64,000 nt of DNA from an uncultured Microthrixaceae bacterium (GTDB lineage Bacteria > Actinomycetota > Acidimicrobiia > Acidimicrobiales > DATDAH01), in assembly GCA_963792205.1 (NCBI GenBank), contig CAWBVI010000004.1, positions 629,634 to 693,633 on the forward strand, in the 5' to 3' direction. This document shows positions 9,079 to 18,023 of this stretch, one piece after another. Below the pieces are notes generated by a model. It did no database searches. It saw nothing but the letters and a program-made list of their open reading frames with translations, and was not told the origin of the DNA. A program made the translations under genes and the position numbers. Numbering within the stretch: the stretch's first letter is position 1; every line of letters begins with the position of its first letter.

Positions 9079-10185
9079 ATGCTGACGGCCGGAGACGACT
9101 TCCCCATCCACCAGGTCGCGGAGCCGATCCGCCACGTGGGCACGAGCGACCGCAACTTCTACGACCGCTACTACTTCAACGCCCACAACTGCTCGGGCGA
9201 CCTGTTCCTCGTGCTGGGCCTCGGCCTGTACCCGAACCTCGGCACTCAGGACGCCTTCGCCGTCGTCCGCCGCGGCGACAAGCACCGGGTGGTGCGCTCC
9301 AGCCGGGAGCTGGACGACCGCATGGACCTCACCACCGGCCCGCTGCGGGTCGAGGTGGTCGAGCCGCTGCGCAAGGTGCGCTTCGTCCTCGAGCCCACCG
9401 AGCACCCCTTGGCCTTGGACATGACCTTCGAGGGCGCCCATGCGGCCTTCGAGGAGCCCAAGCAGGTCATCCGCAAGTTCGGCCGGCTGCTGTTCGACAC
9501 CGCCCGCTTCTGCCAGAACGGCCGGTGGACGGGGACCCTCGAGGTGGCGGGCGAGCACTTCTCCGTCGAACCGGACACGTGGTGGGGCATGCGCGACCGC
9601 TCGTGGGGCGTGCGCCCCGTGGGTGAGGCCGAGCCGCCCGGCATCCGCGGTGAGACCGGCCAGATGGTCGGGATGTGGAACTACGCGCCCATGCAGTTCG
9701 ACGACCACCAGCTCTTCTACATCTGCCAGGAGGAACCGGACGGCAACCGCACGCTGGAGGAGGCGGTCCGGGTGTGGAACGACCCGGATCGACCCGCCGA
9801 GCACCTCGGCCGGCCCGAAGCGACCCACACCCTCACCACCGGGACCCGCCGGATCGACACGCCGTCGACCATCGCCTTCCCGGATGCCCCGGGCGGCGGC
9901 TTCGAGGTGACCGTGGACCCGCTGGTCAACGCCTACGTGGCCATCGGCACGGGGTACGGCATCGAAGACGACTGGCGCCACGGCATGTACCAGGGTGAGC
10001 TGGTCACCCAGTACGTCGAGCACGACATGGCCCAGCTCGACACCTGGGCGTGGTACTCGCTGAACGAGCAGGTGGCCCGGTTCACCAGCTCCGAGGGCCC
10101 GGTGGGCTACGGCATGCACGAATACGGCTTCTTCGGGGCCTTCCCGAAGTACGACCTGGCCGATGGAGCCGCCGTCGCGGGGTGA
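9079..10185 (+). CDS. conserved hypothetical protein, family not confidently recognised
   Basis: 368-aa ORF with normal composition. It contains a WGMRDRSWG motif reminiscent of AttH/CrtC-like beta-sandwich proteins; this link is tentative and from memory only. A TAACCT -10-like hexamer lies 6 nt before the ATG. Confidence 0.6.
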   Translation: MLTAGDDFPIHQVAEPIRHVGTSDRNFYDRYYFNAHNCSGDLFLVLGLGLYPNLGTQDAFAVVRRGDKHRVVRSSRELDDRMDLTTGPLRVEVVEPLRKVRFVLEPTEHPLALDMTFEGAHAAFEEPKQVIRKFGRLLFDTARFCQNGRWTGTLEVAGEHFSVEPDTWWGMRDRSWGVRPVGEAEPPGIRGETGQMVGMWNYAPMQFDDHQLFYICQEEPDGNRTLEEAVRVWNDPDRPAEHLGRPEATHTLTTGTRRIDTPSTIAFPDAPGGGFEVTVDPLVNAYVAIGTGYGIEDDWRHGMYQGELVTQYVEHDMAQLDTWAWYSLNEQVARFTSSEGPVGYGMHEYGFFGAFPKYDLADGAAVAG

Positions 10186-10238
10186 TCCAGTTCTACCCTT
10201 GAGGGCATGCGGCGGGCAGGGGCGGTGGCGGTCGGCGC

Positions 10239-10979
10239 GTGTTCGCGCTCGCCACGACGGCGTGCGGCGGGGGCGGCGAGGGCGGCGACGTCACGACCGC
10301 GGCGGTCGCCTGTGCGGTCGACCCGGGGTCATCGGGGCCGCTGACGACGGCGGACGGCGGGCTCCTGATCCCGCCGGTGCCGGCGCCGGCCGACTGGGTC
10401 GAGCCCGCGCAGGACGGGTTCGACTGGGACCTGGACGGGGCGGCGGACGCCCTCGCCTTCGACCAGGACGCCGGTGAGATCCGGGTCGAGTGGGCCGACG
10501 GCTCCCTCACGGTCACCGGGATCCGCTCCGACTTCGCCGGCGAACCGGGCCAGCCCCTCGAGCCGGACGGCGATCCGTTCCTGGACCAGCCCACCGAGAG
10601 CGGCCCGCCGCCGGACGGGCCGAGGGCCGCCCCCGTGCCCGCGGCGGTGGCCGACGTCACGGGTGACGGCGCCCTCGACCTGCTCGTGGTGGACGACGGC
10701 ACCGCGTCGGTGGTCGTCGGCGCCGGCGACACGGCCACCACGGTCACGGTGTCCCAGGGCGCGATCGGCGACGAGGTGCCGGGATGGCGCAGCCCGCCCG
10801 TGACCCCCGTCCCGCCGCCGGGCTACAGCGACGACCAGATCCCGGTGCCCTACGACCAGGCCACGGTCGTCCCCCGCTGGGACCTGACCGGCGACGGCAT
10901 CGACGACTGGGTCATCGAGAGCAACCTGCCTCGTGCGCTCGGACCGGCGACGGCGTACGCGGGCAAGCCGTGCGCCTGA
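10239..10979 (+). CDS. putative secreted lipoprotein with FG-GAP/VCBS-like segments
   Basis: Starts MFALATTAC GGGGEG, a lipobox-like sequence whose signal peptide is too short. An ATG at 10207 in another frame encodes MRRAGAVAVGA, suggesting a split signal peptide. Repeats such as VTGDGALDLLVVDDG and LTGDGIDDWVIE are present. Confidence 0.5.
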   Translation: MFALATTACGGGGEGGDVTTAAVACAVDPGSSGPLTTADGGLLIPPVPAPADWVEPAQDGFDWDLDGAADALAFDQDAGEIRVEWADGSLTVTGIRSDFAGEPGQPLEPDGDPFLDQPTESGPPPDGPRAAPVPAAVADVTGDGALDLLVVDDGTASVVVGAGDTATTVTVSQGAIGDEVPGWRSPPVTPVPPPGYSDDQIPVPYDQATVVPRWDLTGDGIDDWVIESNLPRALGPATAYAGKPCA

Positions 10980-12454
10980 GGGCGGGTGCGGTCCTCCTGA
11001 TCGTGGCCGCGCTGGCTGCGGTCCTGGCCGATGGCGTGGGACCGCCGGCGTCGGCCGCGGCCGCACCCGGCCGGGTGAACACCTCGTTCCCGGACGCCCC
11101 GGACCCGCACGTCCTGCGCACCGGGGGGCGCTACTTCGCCTACACCACCAACCGCGCCGCCCCGTGGGGCGGGCTCATCCACGTGCCGGTGTGGCGGTCG
11201 GGCGACCTCGCCTCCTGGAGCGAGCAGGGTGACGCCTTCCCGGACCTGCCCCGGTGGGCCGTGCCGGGACACACCTGGGCCCCCGCCGTCGCGCCGCTGG
11301 GCGGGCGCTTCGTCCTCTTCTTCTCCGCCCGCGAGCGGCGCAGCGGCAGGCAGTGCATCGGGAAGGCCTTCTCGAACTCGCCCACCGGGCCGTTCCGGGA
11401 CACCCGCCGCGGGCCGGTGGTGTGCCAGCGCGGGATGGGCGGTTCGATCGACCCCTACGTCTTCCGCGACCGCGACGGCCGCGCCTTCCTGCTCTGGAAG
11501 AACGACGGGAACTGCTGCGGTCGGCGCGTCTCGCTCTGGTCCCAGCTCCTGCGCCCCGACTCGCGCCTGCGCGGCCGGGCCCGCCGACTGGTCAGCTACG
11601 ACCGGGCGTGGGAGAGCCCGCTCATCGAGAACCCGGCCATGGTCCGCAGCCCCCGGGTCCACGGCGACTACCGGCTCTTCTACGCCGCCAACTGGTGGGA
11701 GTCGAAGCGCTACGGCACGGGGTTCGCCCGCTGCGACAGCCCGCGGGGGCCGTGTCGCAAGGTCACGACCCGGGGCCCGTGGCACGAGTCGACTGCCTTC
11801 GCCTTCGGGCCGGGCGGCGCCGCCTTCTTCACCGACGGGGGCGGCCGGAACTGGATGGCGCTCCACGGCTGGGCCCGCCCCCCCGACCGGGTCGGCTACG
11901 GCAACGGCGGGCGCCGCTCGCTGTTCATCGAGAAGGTGGACTTCTCGATGCGGCGCCCTCGCGTCAACACGACGTATCCGTACGCCTACCACCGGGACGC
12001 GCCCCACCCCTTCGTCGACGTGCCGGCCTGGGCGGACGACGCCGTGGCCTGGGCCTGGGGCCGGGAGATCGTCACCGGCCTCGCCGATGCTCCCGATCGC
12101 ACCTTCCTGCCGGCGCGCTCCATCGACCGGGCCGACGCGGTGGTCTGGGTGCGTCGCTCCGGCCGCCACGTGCCCCGGCTGTCCAACGGGAACCTCGCCA
12201 TCTCACGGGGGCAGGCCGTCCGGCTCCTCTACACGGCGGCCGGCGAGCCGAACGTCGACGGGCCGGGCTTCGACCACGACCTGACCGACGTCCCCTACGC
12301 CCTGCGCGACGCCGTGCGCTGGGCGGTCCACGACCCCGGCGGCGCCGAGGCTGCTGTCGCGAGCGGGTACCCCGACCACACCTTCCGCCCCCGCGACACC
12401 GTCAACCGGGCCAACTTCCTCAACATGCTCTGGCGCTTCCGCACCGACGCCTGA
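10970..12454 (+). CDS. glycoside hydrolase family 43-like protein with signal peptide and two C-terminal SLH-like segments
   Basis: GTG at 10970 gives [20 protein letters not shown] (signal). GH43-like core: [21 protein letters not shown]...[35 protein letters not shown]-terminus: FVDVP...[13 protein letters not shown] and [16 protein letters not shown]...[12 protein letters not shown]. Confidence 0.75.
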   Translation: MRLRAGAVLLIVAALAAVLADGVGPPASAAAAPGRVNTSFPDAPDPHVLRTGGRYFAYTTNRAAPWGGLIHVPVWRSGDLASWSEQGDAFPDLPRWAVPGHTWAPAVAPLGGRFVLFFSARERRSGRQCIGKAFSNSPTGPFRDTRRGPVVCQRGMGGSIDPYVFRDRDGRAFLLWKNDGNCCGRRVSLWSQLLRPDSRLRGRARRLVSYDRAWESPLIENPAMVRSPRVHGDYRLFYAANWWESKRYGTGFARCDSPRGPCRKVTTRGPWHESTAFAFGPGGAAFFTDGGGRNWMALHGWARPPDRVGYGNGGRRSLFIEKVDFSMRRPRVNTTYPYAYHRDAPHPFVDVPAWADDAVAWAWGREIVTGLADAPDRTFLPARSIDRADAVVWVRRSGRHVPRLSNGNLAISRGQAVRLLYTAAGEPNVDGPGFDHDLTDVPYALRDAVRWAVHDPGGAEAAVASGYPDHTFRPRDTVNRANFLNMLWRFRTDA

Positions 12455-12462
12455 CCCACGAT

Positions 12463-12515
12463 CCGTTCTGGGTACTCAGACTTGTGCCCTCACCAAACCT
12501 CAGTACCCAGAACGG
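12463..12515. repeat. family-A palindromic intergenic repeat, copy A1
   Basis: Sequence CCGTTCTGGGTACTCAGA...CCTCAGTACCCAGAACGG. The arms are inverted repeats (14 bp perfect). It lies between the convergent stops at 12454 and 12520. The arms are shared with 29622..29674 and 29683..29735. Confidence 0.85.
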
Positions 12516-12519
12516 GGCG

Positions 12520-13296
12520 TCAGTGGCCGGTCCAGTGGGGGGCGCGGCGTTCGGCGGCGGCCGTCATGCCCTCCTTGGCGTCGTCGGTCGCGGTGGCGAC
12601 CTTGCGCATGGTCTCGCCGAAGCGGACGGCATCCAGCCAGGGCAGCTCTCGACCGCGCCAGGCCACCTCCTTCACCGCCCGTTGGGCCAGCGGGGCGCCC
12701 TGGCAGAGCCGGGCCGCGAGCGACCGGGCCTCGTCCAGCAGCTCGTCGTCGGGGACGACCTTCCAGGCCAGGCCGATCTCCAGGGCGCGGGCGGCGTCGA
12801 TGGGCTCGCCGAGCAGCAGGAGCTCCATGGCGTGCTGCCAGCCCACCTTCGGCGGGAGGCGCAGGGCGCCGACGATGGTGGGAACGCCGATCCGGACCTC
12901 GGGGAAGGCGAAGGTGGCCGACTCCGCCGCGAGCAGGAAGTCGCAGGCCGCGGCCGCGGTGAGCCCGTACCCGATGCACGGGCCGTTCACCGCCGCGATG
13001 GTCGGCTTGAAGATCTCCCAGCCGCTCTCGAACGAGTTGAGGGTCGGGATCTCCCAGAACGTCCCGGTCCAGGTCCCGACGGCGCCGGCGCCGTCCTTCA
13101 GGTCGGCCCCGGCACAGAACGCCCGGCCCTCGCCGGTCACGATGGCCACCCAGGCCTCCGGATCGTCCCGGAAGCGCTCCCAGGCGGCGTTGAGGTCCTG
13201 GCGCAGCTCGCCGTTGACCGCGTTGAGGGCCTCCGGCCGCCGGTAGGTGATGGTCACGACGTGCTCGTCCTGGTCGTACCCGACCGTCTCAGCCAT
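12520..13296 (-). CDS. enoyl-CoA hydratase/isomerase family protein
   Basis: Starts MAETVGY. Crotonase signature [15 protein letters not shown]. The rest of track ORF 12520..14454 is antisense to the thiolase. Confidence 0.9.
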   Translation of the reverse strand: MAETVGYDQDEHVVTITYRRPEALNAVNGELRQDLNAAWERFRDDPEAWVAIVTGEGRAFCAGADLKDGAGAVGTWTGTFWEIPTLNSFESGWEIFKPTIAAVNGPCIGYGLTAAAACDFLLAAESATFAFPEVRIGVPTIVGALRLPPKVGWQHAMELLLLGEPIDAARALEIGLAWKVVPDDELLDEARSLAARLCQGAPLAQRAVKEVAWRGRELPWLDAVRFGETMRKVATATDDAKEGMTAAAERRAPHWTGH

Positions 13297-13335
13297 GGGC
13301 CGACCGTAGACTCGCCGGCTGACCAGGGGGGTCCG

Positions 13336-14511
13336 ATGGAGAAGGTGTTCGTGGTGGGCGTCGGGATGACGCCGTTCGTCAAGCCCGGCAGCCGAGAGGG
13401 CTGGGACTACCCCGACATGGTCACCGACGCCGGCTCTGAGGCGCTGGCCGACGCCGGCATCGACTACGCCGCCGTCGACCAGGCCGTCGTGGGCTACAAC
13501 TTCGGCGACTCGACCGCCGGCCAGCGGGCCCTCTACGAGCTGGGGCTCACCGGCATCCCGATCACCAACGTCAACAACAACTGCGCCAGCGGCTCGACGG
13601 CCCTGTACACCGCCCGGGCCTTCATTGCCGGTGGCCTGAGCGACTGCGGGCTGGCCGTGGGCTTCGAGCGCATGGACGACGCCCACGTGTACACGACCCG
13701 GGCGTACCCCATCGACAAGCACGTCACCGACATGGTCAGCCGGCGCGGCTCCGGCGACGTCGTCATCACCGCCCAGCTCTTCGGCAACGCGGGCCGGGAG
13801 CACATGGAGCGCTACGGCACCACGGCCGAGCAGTTCGCCCAGGTGGCGGTGAAGAACCATGCCCACTCGGTGAACAACCCCCTGTCCCAGTACCGGGAGG
13901 CCTGCACCCTCGACGAGGTGCTCGACTCCCGGATGATGTGGGAGCCGCTGACCCTGCTCCAGTGCTGCCCGACCTCGTCGGGGGCCGCGGCCGCCGTCCT
14001 GGCCAGCGAGCGCTTCGTCGACCAGCACGACCTCGGCGACCAGGCCGTGGAGATCGTCGCCCAGGCCATGGCCACCGACACCGCCTTCGAGGGCAGCGAC
14101 CTCAAGATCTGCGGCGTGGAGATGACCAAGGCCGCGGCGGCCAAGGCCTACGAGCAGGCCGGGCTGGGGCCGGAGGACGTGGACGTCATCGAGCTCCACG
14201 ACTGCTTCTCCACCAACGAGCTCATCACCTACGAGGGGCTCGGCCTCTGCGAGGAAGGGGGCGGCGGCGCCCTGATCGACTCGGGTGACGTGACCTACGG
14301 CGGCCGGTGGGTCGTCAACCCCTCTGGGGGCCTGCTCTCCAAGGGCCATCCGATCGGCGCCACCGGCCTGGCCCAGTGCTACGAGCTCAACCGCCAGCTC
14401 CGGGGCCGGGCCGACGCCCGCCAGGTCGACGGCGCCCGGGTCGCCCTCCAGCACAACCTGGGCCTCGGCGGCGCCGGCGTCGTCACCATCTACCGGGCGC
14501 CGGCGGCCTAG
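13336..14511 (+). CDS. thiolase-like protein (SCP-x / nonspecific lipid-transfer-protein type)
   Basis: Starts [14 protein letters not shown]. Catalytic-Cys region [11 protein letters not shown]; C-terminal GHPIGATG and NLGLGGA. Confidence 0.85.
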   Translation: MEKVFVVGVGMTPFVKPGSREGWDYPDMVTDAGSEALADAGIDYAAVDQAVVGYNFGDSTAGQRALYELGLTGIPITNVNNNCASGSTALYTARAFIAGGLSDCGLAVGFERMDDAHVYTTRAYPIDKHVTDMVSRRGSGDVVITAQLFGNAGREHMERYGTTAEQFAQVAVKNHAHSVNNPLSQYREACTLDEVLDSRMMWEPLTLLQCCPTSSGAAAAVLASERFVDQHDLGDQAVEIVAQAMATDTAFEGSDLKICGVEMTKAAAAKAYEQAGLGPEDVDVIELHDCFSTNELITYEGLGLCEEGGGGALIDSGDVTYGGRWVVNPSGGLLSKGHPIGATGLAQCYELNRQLRGRADARQVDGARVALQHNLGLGGAGVVTIYRAPAA

Positions 14512-14519
14512 AACGCGAA

Positions 14520-14563
14520 CTGGCGCCCGATTTCCCGGTCAGAGACGGGAAATCGGGCGCCAG
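14520..14563. terminator. bidirectional intrinsic-terminator-like hairpin
   Basis: A perfect 18-bp stem, CTGGCGCCCGATTTCCCG (14520-14537) with CGGGAAATCGGGCGCCAG (14546-14563), and an 8-nt loop. It lies between the convergent stops at 14511 and 14581. There is no clear U-tract. Confidence 0.7.
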
Positions 14564-14580
14564 AACAGTTCGATCCTGCG

Positions 14581-15114
14581 CTAGCCGCAGACGGGCCAGG
14601 GGCTGGAGCCGGCCTGGTCGTAGAGCATCTGGGCCCGCATGTCCTGCTCGGCGGGAGGGGCGGCGGCGGGGTCGCCGGAGCCGCCCATGGCCTGCCAGGT
14701 CGCGTGGTCGAACTGGTAGGCGCCGCGGTAGGTGCCCGACGAGCTCACGGCCGAGTAGTCACCGCCGGACTCGCAGGCCCGGATGGCGGCCAGGGCCGAC
14801 GACACGCCGGAGGACATGGCGGCCTCGTGCTGCTCGCGCTCGTGCTGCTCGACGGCCTGGGCGTAGACCGCCAGCGCGTACTCGTGCAGGGCGACCGCTT
14901 CGGCGTACTCCACGACGGCGTGGCGCCAGGTGGCGCGGCGGGCCTGTGGCGCGTCGTCGAAGCGCTGATCGGCCGTGAGCTGGGCCTCGGTCGGGCCGGG
15001 CTCGTCGTAGTCCTGGGCCATGGCCACGGTGACGCCGGTGGCGGCGAGGCCGGCGGCCAGGGCCAGGCCCACCACCGCCTTGATCCGCCGTCGGGGGGAG
15101 GACGGCTGTTGCAT
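14581..15114 (-). CDS. secreted resuscitation-promoting-factor-like transglycosylase
   Basis: Signal/TM segment AVVGLALAAGLAATGVTVAMA. Rpf-type domain IRACESGGDYSAVSSSGTYRGAYQFDHATWQAMGG...SPWPVCG. Strong SD (AAGGAG) 8 nt upstream of the ATG. Confidence 0.85.
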   Translation of the reverse strand: MQQPSSPRRRIKAVVGLALAAGLAATGVTVAMAQDYDEPGPTEAQLTADQRFDDAPQARRATWRHAVVEYAEAVALHEYALAVYAQAVEQHEREQHEAAMSSGVSSALAAIRACESGGDYSAVSSSGTYRGAYQFDHATWQAMGGSGDPAAAPPAEQDMRAQMLYDQAGSSPWPVCG

Positions 15115-15296
15115 TGCTTTCGTGCTCCTTTGGCGCCCGGGCGCGCGACGAAGGAGGGGTCAACGGAAGGGAGACACCGCCTCAGCCGGGCGCCGACGGC
15201 ACCGGGGGTATGGGGTCCCGAGGAGGGTGCAGGTCTTCGTAACGCGATTGCAACATTTGCCGCCGTGACGTGGGTCACCCTTGTGGGGGAGCCCGG
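15115..15296 (-). promoter_or_regulatory. structured 182-nt 5' leader of the rpf-like gene (SD-sequestering hairpin; possible riboswitch)
   Basis: On the mRNA strand, CUCCUU (15151-15156) is complementary to the SD AAGGAG (15125-15130). Between them lies the palindrome GCGCCCGGGCGC (15133-15144). Further upstream are CAAUCGCG and GGGACCCCA, which resemble ydaO-type motifs only weakly. Confidence 0.35.
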
Positions 15297-16433
15297 CTAC
15301 AGCAGGCGGGCGAACTCCCGGACGTCCTGCACCAGCAGGTCCGGCTCCTCGAGGGCGGCGAAGTGACCGCCCCGGTCGAAGGTCGACCAGTGCACGACGT
15401 TGAAGGTCCGCTCGGCGAAGCGCCGGGACGCCCGCAGGATCTCGCCCGGGAACACCGCCCCGCCGGTGGGCACGGTGACCTTCTCGTCGGCGATGCCGAA
15501 CTGCCCGGCATGCTTGGCCTCGTAGTACAGGCGGGTCGACGAGTTGATCGTGCCCGTCACCCAGTAGGTGGTGATGTTGGTCAGCAGGTCGTCCCGGCTG
15601 ACCGCCGACTCGATGGTGCCGTCGTTGTCGGTCCAGGCGTGGAACTTCTCGCTGATCCAGCTGGCCAGGCCGGCCGGCGAGTCGTTCAGCCCGACGCCCA
15701 GGGTCTGGGGCCGGGTGCCCTGGATCTGCTGGTAGCCGGCGCCGTCGGACATGATCGCCATCGCGTCGGCCATGGCCTTCTGCTCCTCCTCGTCGGGCTC
15801 GTCGTCGGGCCCGGGGAAGGCGAGGAGCATGTTGAGGTGGATGCCGGCGCAGTGCTCCGGGTCCTGGATCCCGATGCGGGTCGAGATCATCGACCCCCAG
15901 TCCCCGCCCTGCGCGACGTAGCCGTCGTAGCCCAACCGGGCCATGAGCTCGGCGAAGGCGTCGGCGATGCGGCCCGGGTGCCAACCGCGGTCGACGGTCG
16001 GCCCCGACCAGCCGTAGCCGGGCAGCGACGGGGCGACGACGTGGAAGGCGTCGGCCGGATCGCCGCCATGGGACTCGGGGTCGCGCAGCGGCTCGATGAC
16101 GTGCAGGAACTCGACCACCGTCCCCGGCCAACCATGGCTCAGCAGCAGCGGCCGGGCCCCGTCGACCGGCGACGGGGCGTGGATGAAGTGGATCGAGGCA
16201 CCGTCGATCTCGGTCCGGAAGTGGTCCCAGGCCTGCAAGCGGGCCTCGTGGGTGCGCCAGTCGTACTCGTCCCGCCAGTAGGCGCACAGCTCCTGCAGGT
16301 ACGCGAGGTCGGTGCCGTAGTCCCAGCCCGTGTCCGGGATCTGATCGGGCCAGCGGGTCTGCCCCAGGCGCGCCCTCAGGTCGTCGAGGACCTCGTCGGG
16401 GACGGTGATGTCCAACGGTTGGATGTCACTCAC
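15297..16433 (-). CDS. epoxide hydrolase (microsomal-EH-like N-terminal domain plus alpha/beta fold)
   Basis: 378-aa ORF. EH N-terminal domain (LDDLRARLGQTRWPDQ...WDYGTDLAYLQELCAYW), oxyanion HGWPGT, nucleophile GGDWGS. Confidence 0.9.
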   Translation of the reverse strand: MSDIQPLDITVPDEVLDDLRARLGQTRWPDQIPDTGWDYGTDLAYLQELCAYWRDEYDWRTHEARLQAWDHFRTEIDGASIHFIHAPSPVDGARPLLLSHGWPGTVVEFLHVIEPLRDPESHGGDPADAFHVVAPSLPGYGWSGPTVDRGWHPGRIADAFAELMARLGYDGYVAQGGDWGSMISTRIGIQDPEHCAGIHLNMLLAFPGPDDEPDEEEQKAMADAMAIMSDGAGYQQIQGTRPQTLGVGLNDSPAGLASWISEKFHAWTDNDGTIESAVSRDDLLTNITTYWVTGTINSSTRLYYEAKHAGQFGIADEKVTVPTGGAVFPGEILRASRRFAERTFNVVHWSTFDRGGHFAALEEPDLLVQDVREFARLL

Positions 16434-16454
16434 GGCGTCCTCCCGGGGTCCGGG

Positions 16455-17885
16455 TCAGAGGGGTCGCTGGCCGGTCAGGAGCGACTGGTCAACCCACCAC
16501 GTGTGGTAGCCAGTCGGCACCCGCTGCGGGACGGCCAGCCGGCACACCGGCTCGTCGTCCAGGCGTTGGGCGTCGAGGACCTGGAGCTCGGTCGAGCCGG
16601 TGGCCTCCTCGGCCACGAAGGTCAGCAGGTAGCCGTCGTCCTCGCCCCACGACCCCGGTCGCGGCGCGAACACCGTCTCGCCGCCGTACCAGCCCACGGG
16701 GTAGCGGTGGGTCACGGCCGAGCACCCGTCGCCGTAGTCGTACTTCGTGACCCCCTCGAACTGCAGCGTGGGCTGCGGGGCGCACACCTGGTGGTACGAG
16801 TAGCGCGAGGGGCGCCCCAGGCGCCGATTGTCCATCCGCGGGAACTCGGCCATCGCGTCGTCGAGGGGGCGCTCGCGGGTGGTCCCGGTCACGAGGTCGA
16901 AGCGCCACTCCCAGAACCTCGGCGCGAGGCGAAGCGAGGCGATGGTCGGGACCGGGTCGTCCGCCGTGGACTCGTCGGCGAACGGCTGGTCGATCCGGCA
17001 GCCGACGAGGACGACCTCGTCGCCCTCCTCCCAGGCGTTGACCGTGTGGTACATGAACATGGCCTCGGCGTCGAACCAGCGGACGTGGGCGTCGGTGCCG
17101 TACCGGGGGATCACCCCGAAGCGGGCCGGCTTGTCGGGGAAGAAGCCGAGACGGACCCGACCGGCAGCCAGGGCGGCGGGGTCCCACATCATCGACATGT
17201 CCATCAGCACGGAGTAGCGCTCGGTGATGGCGATGTCGTGCTGCAGCCGGGGCCCGTCGAGGGTGATCTCGGCCTGGTGGACGAGCTCGCCCTCCGGCGA
17301 GATGACCCCGTAGGTCAGGTAGGGCGGCAGGGGTTGGTAGTCGAACCAGATCAGCTCGCCGGTCACGGGGTCGACCTTGGGGTGGGCCGACAGCCCGCAC
17401 CGCCGTTTGCCGTCGTAGGTCTGGACGCCGAGGGTCTCGAGGTCGGGCAGGCGGATCACGTGGGGATCACCGCCCAGCCACCACACGGCGAGCAGCTGGC
17501 CGGCGTGCCACACCAGGTCGGTGTTGGCGGTGTCCTTCCAGGGCCCGTCCGGGCGGGCGAGGTCGGGCGGCTCGAGGATCCCGGAGGTCACGGCCTCCCC
17601 CGCCGCCTCGTCCTCCGCCAGGCCGGCGGTGCGCACGTAGGCGTTGCGATACGTCGCCCGACCGTTGCCGAGCTCGACCCCGTGGAGCATCCCGTCGCCG
17701 TCGAACCAGTGATACCGGCCCTTGGGCTCGAAGCGGGGGTTGCTGCTGTTGCGCACGAAGCAGCCGGCGAGGTCGTCGGGCAGGGCGCCCGCGACGACCG
17801 CCAGGTCGGCCGTGATCTCCTCCTGCACCGGCTCGTAGCTGCCGGAGAGGTAGGGGCTCCGCACGTCACGATCCACGGTGCTCAC
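16455..17885 (-). CDS. carotenoid cleavage oxygenase family protein (RPE65/CCO/lignostilbene dioxygenase superfamily)
   Basis: 476-aa ORF. Family-typical N-terminus SPYLSGSYEPVQEE...NPRFEPKGRYHWFDGDGMLHGVEL. His-containing blocks HDIAITE and MYHTVNAWEE. It lies 21 nt upstream of the epoxide hydrolase on the same strand. Confidence 0.9.
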   Translation of the reverse strand: MSTVDRDVRSPYLSGSYEPVQEEITADLAVVAGALPDDLAGCFVRNSSNPRFEPKGRYHWFDGDGMLHGVELGNGRATYRNAYVRTAGLAEDEAAGEAVTSGILEPPDLARPDGPWKDTANTDLVWHAGQLLAVWWLGGDPHVIRLPDLETLGVQTYDGKRRCGLSAHPKVDPVTGELIWFDYQPLPPYLTYGVISPEGELVHQAEITLDGPRLQHDIAITERYSVLMDMSMMWDPAALAAGRVRLGFFPDKPARFGVIPRYGTDAHVRWFDAEAMFMYHTVNAWEEGDEVVLVGCRIDQPFADESTADDPVPTIASLRLAPRFWEWRFDLVTGTTRERPLDDAMAEFPRMDNRRLGRPSRYSYHQVCAPQPTLQFEGVTKYDYGDGCSAVTHRYPVGWYGGETVFAPRPGSWGEDDGYLLTFVAEEATGSTELQVLDAQRLDDEPVCRLAVPQRVPTGYHTWWVDQSLLTGQRPL

Positions 17886-17916
17886 GGCTCCAGCTCCGCT
17901 CGCTCAGCTCCGAAGC

Positions 17917-17928
17917 GGTGTCGACACC
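17917..17928. promoter_or_regulatory. perfect 12-bp palindrome GGTGTCGACACC in a divergent promoter region
   Basis: Located in the 138-bp gap between the carotenoid oxygenase start (17885, -) and the CoA-transferase start (18024, +). Confidence 0.3.
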
Positions 17929-18023
17929 CACGGGCTCGCTGCGTGTCGCTGGAGGTCACGGCGGAAACCGTACTGTCACCGCCGCACTACCTTCGGAGCC
18001 TCGTCCGACACAGGGGGAACGCC

